This document shows positions 54,001-64,000 of a stretch of 64,000 bases of DNA, piece by piece. The DNA is from Sphagnum compactum (taxonomy: Eukaryota): the NCBI GenBank assembly GCA_965153455.1, contig OZ234494.1, forward strand, positions 6,324,001 to 6,388,000, given 5' to 3'. The stretch's first letter is position 1; the number at the start of each line of letters is the position of its first letter. Under the pieces are notes generated by a model. That model ran no database searches and was not told where the DNA came from. It saw only the letters and a list, made by a program, of their open reading frames with translations. Made by a program: the position numbers and the translations under genes.

Positions 54001-55020
54001 CATCATCAGCACTATAGTTTCCATCTCCTAAAATCCATCTTTCCTTCATCCCAGTACTGTGTCACTCCATCATGTGCCAAATGTGTTGAAACCTGCCCAG
54101 TTCTTGTTGCCAGAGCAACTCCCTCGACCCAAATCTGGGACATCAATGCCTGCACCCCATGACAAAAAACAAAGATGATGCCTTATGGAGGAAAATGACC
54201 ACCAAAGTTGAGTTGTTCATTTCTTAGCACATTATTCTCAAGAAATTTTAATCCATAACAAGAGGCTAATCTCAATCTGAAAGCTTGGAAAGAAAAAACA
54301 CCACTAGATGGTGATCCACCTATTATTGCTCATCCTGAGCAGTATGACTGCCTTAGTCTTGCAATATCACAACCACAACCCAACAGAAGAAAATACTACC
54401 CTGTGAAAGTCATCCAGGTCATCTTTTAGTGCAATGAATAAGGACCTTCCAGAAGGCAAAGAAAAACATTTCCTCTATACATGGTAGCAAACTTGTAGAA
54501 GAAACTCAATGGCAGATGATGCACATGATACTGACACATGCTCCTTCTGAATTCCCAAGATTGTGACCAAAGAAAGCAATATGATGAAGATGTTGAAAGC
54601 TCTTTCAGCCTGGGTGACGACTTGCAGTGAGGAAATGACAATGACCTTACTACCAAGGACTATATTGGACGTGCTGGATGCACTCCCACAGTACCCCAAC
54701 AATGGGAATAAAGCTTATACACCAAGTCAATACTGCACCTGCAAGTGCTTGAACACAGGAACAATAGCACCTGCAGCTTCTGAAGCTTCAGCGGCAGTTA
54801 CATTCTCAAGCTCCTCTTGCAACATCTTTGCAATAATTTCGTCATTGGCAACTATGTTTGCCCCATGAGGTGTTGCCATATCAGATTCCAGATAGAGATC
54901 CAACTCCTGTTGCCACACCTCAAACACAGACAAGTTGCTGCTGCTTTTCCTTGCATCACATCAAACAGATCCATAAACTCCAGCTACATGAGACAATTCC
55001 GTGTCTCCATTTTCAAGCAT
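51030..55020 (-). pseudogene. OTU-family deubiquitinase (plant OTU9-12 type), probably pseudogenised
   Basis: Exons 55020-54739, 54149-?, 53641-53568, 53386-53332 (EGDGNCQ), 52985-52911, 52488-52415, 52309-52261 (GEWGDHVTLQAAAD), 51697-51613, 51365-51312 (LSFWAEIHYNSIY), 51085-51030. In-frame stops at 54961-54963, 54012-54014 and 51066-51068. Confidence 0.75.
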
Positions 55021-57448
55021 TCACTGGAGAACAGTATACCATACATTGGGGAAACTAGAGTGACAAGTCACAAAATATTCAGCTAATCAAAATAAAACTT
55101 TGAAAAGAAAAAAAGAAAACTGAACATCAATCTGCAGACAGACTACTCGAAGTTCCAAACCAGTGCCCTCCTTCATGGACAACCCTGAATTCAGGAAGTC
55201 TGCATGTTTGCATGCACAGATGGTTGATCAGCAGCCCCTTCCAGGCTTGCAAACCAGAAATACTGCATTCTCCTTGTGGAAAGAATGTGGAAAGGGTCAG
55301 ATATTTTATCTCCAATGAACCATTGTCAATGCATCAAACAGCATTGCCAGGGTCAGATCACAGCAAATTGCTTTGCTCCTGACATTGTAAATGGATGTGC
55401 ACTAGTGCAAATGGAAAATATTGGAAAGCTGACAGATGACCTACAATGGTGATGGTGACATACATCATGAGGCTAAATGCAAATCCAAGTGACAATAATG
55501 GCAAAGCGACATAATGATTGTTCAGCCTGAAGTAAATTACACGAGAAAGCTTGACTATAGCTGTAACAAGACTCATCCCGGCAACTGGCCTTAAGCAATG
55601 TCAATTCAGCTCAAAAACTTGCATCTAACAGCACAAATCGACAACAAAGGCAATGACATACAACCAGAAGCTTTCAGAATTCATGTAGCTACCAAAACAA
55701 CAACATAAGATGGAAATCTAGTTTGAATTTTTCACCTTAAACCTTTAACTGAACAACTAAAACTACCATCACCGTACAAATCACCAATGCAAAATGAAAT
55801 CTTGAAAATAAAAAAGATTTCCCAATCCCAAATTCCAATGCACCTAAAAATGATGACAATTACTAGATATATTAACATTGCCAAATGCTCACAATTTGTG
55901 CACTAAAAATGGAAGGCATGATGTTGAGTACATCAACAACAATGGCAATGCTATTGGCAAGTAAGATGAGATAGTGAAAGCAAGAGTGACAAGATGCCCC
56001 ATTTTGGGAAGTGGTAATATATATTGCCTTTGCCACCAAGAGAATTCACCCAAATTAAAATTGATCACCTATTTCCCAATGATGATGTTGCAAGGTGGAA
56101 TCTTCAATCACCTTGCGATTTCTCACCCATATAAACAATTGAAGAATGGGAGGAGGGTCCACAAGAGGTGAAAGTCTAAAGTTGGACACGACCTATATGA
56201 CCCGTCAACTCAAAGTAGACAATATGGAGATGACCAACTCTTCACTTAAAAAATTGAGGGTGGGAACTTGAAAGGTGGCCAACCCCATTATGGCCACTTG
56301 AGCCAACCCCATTATGGCCACTTGACTCAAAATTGATGTCAATAATTCAATAACCCCAAAAATTGTTCTTCTTCAATAACCCCAAAAATTCCATTATGGC
56401 CAAGTTAAAACCAACAATTAGTTAAAAATAAGAAAATGTTCCATGAAGTTCCCAAAAACATTGGAATTCAATGTGTATTAGAACAATAATAAGGCAGTTA
56501 TCCATAAAGTACCCTAAACTGGGGGAACTAGGCCCAAGTTTTGCCAAAAGTCAGGATGAAATCAAAAGTGAAGATGAAATCAATATACCTATAGGCAAAA
56601 AGAAAAGAAAAGAGGAGACCAATATGATATTCTCATCTTAATCTAGTCCTCATATGAGTTTCACCCCCCCCACCCCCCCACCCAGTTTTGGATTTGCTTG
56701 ACCTGTGCCTTCAAACTCATAGTATGATATTCTCCATTAAATCAAGTGTTTTCGAAAAAAAAATCCTGCAAAATCTTGTCCAGTGATACCCAGCTTCATT
56801 AAACAGTACCTAATTTAGGAACTCTTTGCTTTGACACCCCCCCCCTCCCACAAAAAAAAGAAAAGAAAAAAAGAAGTCTGGACTAGGTAATAGCCCCTCC
56901 TATGAACACACTACCTATTGGCTACAGTCAAATTGGGGATGAAACTGAGATTACAAGGTCAAACTAGGGCTTAAAAGATTGGGTAACTTTTAAGGATAAC
57001 TTCAATAATAGGTACAACAATATTCTTCAAGAAGTGGGACCAAATGTCACACACTCTCTCTCCAATTAGATAAAAGGGTTTTAGCCTTCGCTAGAATCCT
57101 GTTGCAAGTTTTTGACAATCCTCACTCTGTTTGTCTGTTGTGTTGAAAAAAGAAGATTTGTGCTTCTATTTTCCCCCTCCTCTTTTTTTTTCCTTTTTTT
57201 TTTGTTTTGACTGTTTCTGATATGCCTTTGCGTATTAAGTAGTAGGCCTTCAATTGGCCTTATGTTTACCTTATCCTCCTCATCCCCATCTTTTACGCAA
57301 AAGTAGGTAAGTAATCGATATTTGTGATCTTCAAGCATTTTTACAAGCCTATTTGTATGTGGGATAAATAAGACATCTCTGTTGACAAGGGATTTTTTTT
57401 TTCAAATTTCATGCATTTTTAGAAGCCTATTTGTATGTGGGATAAATA

Positions 57449-60437
57449 GGGTATAGCAACCGGTGAGTGAACACTTAAGGGTTCGAAAAGCTGATGCATC
57501 TCTAATGTTGCTCCATTGCAGCAAAAGTTCAAATAAAAGTTGTAAAACTAAAGTTGCACATCCAAGGATGCTTGCATCATTAAAAAAACTCAAGAAATGA
57601 GCAAGTTATGCATATTTTAATGTCCGGGGGTCAAAAACACAACAAGAAAATTCCTTGATCACTCAGCAACACATGAGCATCATCATGTTCATGCATGAGC
57701 AAATTCTCAATGATTCATGACCGAATGCTACTACCCTCTTCACAAATATTGAATGCATCATAAGGATGAATAGAAAAGGGCACAAAAATGTTCATCTTTA
57801 GTTTCAACGGATATAATTTTTTAAATATGTTTTTTTAATCAACAATGACAAGGGCAAGAGAGAGTGAAACCCTAATTTTGCTGCCCACTCTTGGCCACCA
57901 CCACTTCCTCTTTCAACTATGTCTACTAAAATTTTGTGCACGTTTCTTTTCTTTAGAACTCAAGCGATCGTAATGAGCTACTGGTACAACTTTCGAGCTA
58001 AATCGCTTGAAGCTCAAGCGCTTCAAGCTTGTTCCTTCTTAGTTGCAGCTACTAGTGATCTTGGTCTTGGTGGTCCTCATCTTGCATCTCTTGTGTTTAT
58101 AGCTGCTCATGACCCTCCTAGTCGCAATCCTCATGTTGATCATCATCTTCCTTTTTTTCCCTTCTGGCTACAACTGTTAGTGACCCTCCTAGTCATCATG
58201 ATTTTGATCGTGGTGGTTTGAGGCTTGCATTTCTTGTGTTTGCATCTCTTGTAGTTGCTCGCAACCTTCCTAATTGTGGTCCTCATGTTGATCGTTGTCT
58301 TCCTTTTCCTCGCTCTTGGTTACAACTGTCAGTGACCCTCTTGGTCGTCATGATCTTGATTATGGCGGTATGGGTCTTGCATCTCGTGCTTGCATCTCTT
58401 ATAGTTGCTTGCGACCCTCCTAGTCATGGTCCTCATGTTGATTGTCATTTTCCTTCTCCTCCCTCTTGGTTGGAACTACTAGTGACCCTCTTGGTCGTCA
58501 TGATCTTGATCTTGGTGGTTTGAGTCTTGCATCTTTTGTGTTTGCATCTCTTGCAACTACTTACGACCATCTTGGTCGTAATCCTCATGTCGATCATCGT
58601 CTTCCTTCTCCTCCCTCTTGGTTGCAACTGCTAGTGACCCTCCTAGTTGTTGTGATCGTGATTTTGGTGGTCTGAGTCTTGCATCTTTTGCATGTGCTTA
58701 CAATAGTTCATGACCCTCCTGGTCACGGTCCTCATGTTGATTATCATCTTCCTTTTCCTCCTTGGCTGGAGTTGCTAGTGACCTCCTTAGTCATTGTGAT
58801 CTTGATCTTGGTGGTCTTCATCTTGCATCTCTTATGCTTATAGCTGCTTGTGACCCTCTTGGTCACGGTCCTCATGTTGATCGTCATCTTCCTTCTCCTC
58901 CCTTTTAGTTACAACTGCTAACAACTCTTTTGGTTGTTGTGATATTGATTTTGGTGGTTTGAGTCTTGCATCTCTTATACTTGCAGATGGTCACAACCCT
59001 CTTGGTCATGATCTTCATGTTAATCATCGTCTTCCTTTTCCTTCATCTTGGTTGCAATTGCTAGCGACCCTCTTGGTCGTCGTGATCTTAATGGTCTGTG
59101 TCTTACATATCTTGTGCTTGCAACTACATTGATCTTCCTAATTGTGATCTTGATATTCGTGATTTTGGTTATAGCTACTGGCGATCCTTCTAGTTGTGGT
59201 CTTGGTTGTAGTTGTTGTTGATCTTCCTAATTGTGGTTTTGATTGTAGTTGCTGGCGATCCTCCTAGTTGTGGTCTTGATTGCAAGTATTGGTGATCCTC
59301 TTCGTTGTAGTCTTGGTTGCAATTCTAGTGATCCTAGCCCTAGGCCTCTTAAACCTTAAACCCTTCCACCCCCGTTTGCTTTGGTTATTCATTAAAACAA
59401 GGCAAGCACGCTTTAATGTGACCGTAAGCAAGTAGTCCAACCTTTGCTTGTAACCTTGCCTCCCATTGTGCTAAAGTAAACGTTGAAAATCTTATAATTG
59501 GAATGATCTCTAGCCCTTGTGCATCCCAGGAAGCTTGAAGATGTTCATGCAAATGCTACCATGCTTCCTTAACAACTATTGTAAACCAATTGTATTCAAA
59601 ATCTGCTCTTGCACTTCTGGTAGCTACACGTTGAGCTACCTATTCATCTATAGTGAAATAAGTTGCAACCCTTATCTTTTAACCCTTATTTTCCTCCCTT
59701 TCCTTGCGACATGTTTCCCTAATTACTTTTGCACATGCCTTCTCCATAGAGTTCTTACGCATAATTGTTAGGTATTCAGAATTGATCATGACATGAGACT
59801 ACAAGTAGTTCACTAATGGCTCCTTTTCTCTGGTCTATTTTGTTGGTAGATGAAGGAGCAACAACAACTGGTGCATTCTCATGGTATATTGAGTCAGGTT
59901 CAAAGAAATTTGTTCTTCTTGCACTTGCTCACTAAGGTTGTCTATATTTACTATTAAATGTGCACGACCCCACCCCTAAACCAAACCCTCAAACCTTTAT
60001 AAATGTTCCATAAACACCCATTATCAAATCGTGACAAATCTACAAAGTGAAAAAATGTGCTCAAATTTGACAAATTGCAAAAAAATTTGTAAATCCATTA
60101 AAAAAAACACCCATCTCTGAACGGCCAAACTAGCACCACACACATGAGTATCTTTTTTGGGTCAAGCAAGCATGCACAACTATTCATCTTATACAGTTAG
60201 CACACACCATAATCCATAGTAAAGGCACTCAATTTTTAAAAAAAATCATTTTGGAACTACCCCCTTCACCAATCATAGAAGAGGCCCCATGAATAGTAGA
60301 GGCCAAAAATTCGAACACTAGAAATTTTCGCCGAACATTTGGTAATAGGTACATTGGTGAATGACAAACAGATATTGATTGTCCCCTCTCCGGGTGTTCA
60401 CCCACTGGCCCCTGAACGGCTAAGGGCTGCTCTACCC
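57449..60437. mobile_element. ~3.0-kb non-autonomous TIR element inserted at TA
   Basis: Left end GGGTATAGCAACC...GTGAGTGAACAC; right end reverse complement GGGTAGAGCAGCC...GTGGGTGAACAC. Removing it with one TA restores gggataaaTAggacatct, matching the neighbouring ~77-bp host repeat units at ~57337 and ~60486. Confidence 0.8.
58060..59110. repeat. 140-152-bp tandem array, about 7 diverged copies
   Basis: The cctcatgttgatc anchor recurs near 58130, 58281, 58431, 58583, 58730, 58870 and 59013. Confidence 0.9.
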
Positions 60438-61597
60438 TAGGACATCTAGGTTTACAATGGATTTTATTTTTTTTCAAATTTCAGGCATTTTTACAAGCCT
60501 ATTTGTATGTGGGATAAACAGGACATCTATGTTGACAAGGGATTCTTTTTTTCTCAAATTTCGGAGGTTGCATCATTGGCTAATGTCCCAAGAGGGATTT
60601 AACATTACATGGTTACTAGTTTTTAAACTAGTTTTAAAAACTGCTACCAAACTAAATTTGGCAAAATAAATCCCCCCCCCCCCAAAAAAGAAAATCTTGA
60701 AATTTGGTGGATTTTTTAAAGCAGGAATATTGCAACAAATAATTCCCTTTTATTTTACTTTTGTGCATTTTGGCTAAACTTCATATTAAAAGAACGCTGA
60801 TGTCGACTTTGTTTTTTATGCTATCAGTGTCCATTTTAATATGAATCAACCATTTTCTTTAAAAAATCAATTATGGCTTGTAAAAGGCAAGCCCATGGTG
60901 CGAAAACTGGTTATGCTTTGGAACAGGCCTTGGAAGAGCCCATCTGTGGTGAGAAAACCGGTTAACATTTGGAATAGGCCGTGGCTCTTCTGGGGAAGAA
61001 GAGCCCGTGATGAAAAAACCGATTTTACATTGGAACAGGCCTTGGAAAATCCCGTTATAACCCAACGGAACGTCACCTCACCTCACCTTGCCTTTCTCGC
61101 CGTGTTCCTGGTTGGAACGGCAGGGCCTATTCCACATTACGTAAAATTCAGCAAACCGTTCGAGAGTATTTGCTTTTTCTGCCAAGGATTAAGTAAAAGG
61201 GGTCTGCAAAGAAAGGACGGAGCCATCTTTTTCCTTTACCTTACTTTTCCCTCACTTCACCTTTCTTTTCTCTTTTCTTCTTCTTTTTCTTTTCTTTTCT
61301 TTCCTTTCCTTTCTCTTCCCCCGAAGCTTTGATTAAGCTCCGACAGTGCCGCGAAGCTTTCCCAGAGCAAAAGAAGAAGAGAACAAAAGGCTGTTTGTTG
61401 GTGCGCTTGTTGTTGCGATTTGTGTGTGCTTGCTTTCGATGGATCTCGGTTGAAAGATCGCAGTTTCTTTTGAATCCTTTTTTTCGTTTGTGTCTCGTTT
61501 GTTTGTACGCGATTTGTGAATTTTTAGATTTTACTGTTTTTGGGTTCTTTTTTGTTCTTTTTTTTGGTGGGGCGGGGTTAGCTTTGGTTTTGAGGAG

Positions 61598-64000
61598 ATG
61601 GAGAATTTGGGGAAGTCGTCCACGAGCATGGAAGAGTCCTTGTTCGATTTCATGCACGCGGAACATGCTCCCAGTAGTAGTAATAAGGGCGGTGGTACTA
61701 CAACACACGGCTACAAGAGTGCGGTCGCGGGACCTGTGTTTGATTTCGGAAACGATGATTTGCTTCCGAGTTTTGAGTTTCAGCCTGCCGCGGAGGCCAG
61801 CAAGTCGACGACGACGCAGCAGGTGGACGACCGTACTCGCCGCAATTTGTCCCCGTCTCCCCTTGTAAGCTAACCCGTTGCTTTCTTCTTCTCTTCCTTA
61901 GAAACCGAGGGTTATAAACATATCACAAACATGTCATAATTGTTTGCTATGTTACTCAATTTGGACCTGATTCAGCTTCCCTTCCTCGGGGGTAAGGGGG
62001 GGACTCTTTGAGGCTTGAGATGACTTCGCCCGGCATTTTTTTCTCCCGCTCTCTCTCCCTTCTATCCTTGTTCTGAAAGAATGGACGCATTGTAGGACCG
62101 GTAGTGTCGGGGGGGAGGGTGTGATTTGTTATGTGTGTGTGTATGTGTGTGTATACTTAAGGGTTTCAATCCATTTCTTATGTTACAGACTCGGGGTCTT
62201 GCTAAATAGTAGCACCTTGCTGTATAAATGTTGTTGAATTCTGAAGTTTTGATATACAATTTTATATTGTTTGTTTTTCATTTGTGTGACCTATGGCACC
62301 ATTGACTGATGTGAGAACAACTGTTGTTCTCTAACCTAGACATGTTGATCCCATGAGGAATGTTTCACATTATTAGGTCGAGATTCACAAGAGAAGTTGA
62401 ACTTGAAAATTTGTCAAGAAAGAAAGACCTCTGTTCATGATTGAAATGGTCTGAATTTCGGTTCTGAATCTCTTTCTACGTAGATGCTTCTGATGAATTC
62501 TTGAACATTTTTCTCTGATGTGAAGCGACCAAAGTGGAACAATCCATCACATGATCAATCAGGACACCCTGCAGGGAGGGAATCTGTTGAATGGGCCACA
62601 GTGGTGGCAACAGTGGAGCGGACGATGAAGAAGTATGCAGACAACCTGTTGCATGTGTTGGAGGGCATGAGTGGTCGTCTCTCTCAGTTGGAGTTCAATA
62701 GCCAGCGCATTGAATACACAGTGGGGAAACTCAAGGTTGAGTCAGCTGACCATCATGGTGCAGCTGATGGCAAGCTGAGATCCTTAGAGAACATGGTCAA
62801 AGAGGTAACTTTTTGACCCACTCTCAGGAGCCATGGAGACAGTGGGGAACTCATAGCATCTAGTCACTGCTATTTGTGATGAAAGGTGATGGTCTGGCAC
62901 TTTGTGAACAACACTAATAAGGTTATGACAACAGTCTTTTGTCATATTCTGGATTCACAAACAGAATGGTTTACCTTCAGAATGTTGTTGAGTTTTCTCT
63001 GCAATCGCATAGATATGTATGTCTGTCCTCCTCTTGCTATGCATTCTAATAGTGTATTTCTACAGACACAGCCCTCTGAAATATATCATTATCAGACATG
63101 TCATCCTTACAGGGAGGTTCATGTTGGCTATCTCAGAAAATAAATGGCTTTTGCCAAGAATATGACTAAATGAGTATCATGCATGAGTTGAGGCTATTTT
63201 CCAGTTCCTACTGTGTAACTTGCATTAATTTTTTGAATTGGGAAATTGTGATGACTGATCCAGCCATATAGACACATACACTATGACATCCTAATCCTGT
63301 GATTTTACTGTGATAAGAGTCATATTCACAGGTAACATTTATGTCTTGGTCTTCTTGGTCTTATGCATGTGTCATGTCCAACACAGACTTACAACTGCAA
63401 GAACGCACCCATAATTGTTGTGATTGCTTGAAGAGTGTAGTTTGGTCCACATTATTGGTCCAGAGGTACTTGGTGTTAGTGTAGCATCACCAAATGATGT
63501 AAATCTCAAATATGAGTTAATCAGTAACATCATAATTGGTAGGGCCAAATTGCTGCATTGTGAGTTAGCAGATTCTGAGGAGAGAAGGTTTTCAATTGGC
63601 AGGTACAGCGAGGTGTGCAGGTCTTGCGTGATAAGCAGGGGATTGTAGAGGAACAACTGAAGCTTGCCAAGCTTCAGCATGATGGTAAAATGGAGGCACC
63701 TGTGAGCTCAGCTGCACCTGTCCAAACTGTTGTTGAGGTGCAACCCCCAGCTCCCAAGCAAGTGGAGACTACATTTACCCTTGATCCACCTTCTTCAGGA
63801 CAGCAGATTGATCCTGCTGTGTACCAACTTCCACAGTTACAGCATCAGCATCAACTGCGACTCCAGCAACAGCAGTTGCCAACTCAACATATGTCTCTGT
63901 CATCTACTCAGCAACAAATTCCTCAACGAATTTCTCAACAGATACACCAACAGCAACAGCAACCCCCATTGCAATCTCAGACCCAGCAACAAAATGTTGT
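61598..64000 (+). CDS. FLOE/DUF1421-family protein, 5' part (truncated by window end)
   Basis: Exons 61598-61864, 62526-62804 and 63603->64000. Motifs DDLLPSFEFQP, VERTMKKYADNLLHVLEGMSGRLSQLE, GKLRSLENMVKE|VQRGVQVLRDKQ...LAKLQ, followed by a Q/P-rich low-complexity region. Confidence 0.88.

Noticed and set aside
51030-55020. OTU domain as part of a Helitron protein
   Set aside because: Its multi-exon layout and N-terminal motifs resemble host plant OTU genes, and it is not fused to Rep.
57919-58675. Hydrophobic ~100-aa ORFs
   Set aside because: Translations of the ~150-bp tandem array with a shifting frame.

Overview
Eukaryotic, intron-containing land-plant DNA, most likely a bryophyte (inferred from the hydrolase-NLR architecture; not proven). 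Two ordinary genes bracket the window: a PH-RCC1-FYVE-BRX (PRAF/RLD-type) gene at 2.6-8.6 kb and a FLOE/DUF1421-type Q/P-rich gene from 61.6 kb that runs off the end. Between them is about 50 kb of rearranged accessory DNA. It holds a 7.25-kb TIR element with a perfect 10-bp target-site duplication, carrying a C2H2 zinc-finger gene, a palindrome array and 79-bp satellites but no recognisable transposase. It also holds Helitron-like RepHel fragments next to a GIY-YIG nuclease ORF, a scrambled VPS13 pseudogene, an alpha/beta-hydrolase-NB-ARC-LRR immune receptor gene, an OTU deubiquitinase copy with several premature stops, and a 3-kb TIR element containing a ~150-bp tandem array. Gene models were read by eye from GT-AG boundaries. 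Family calls come from motif recognition, not database searches.
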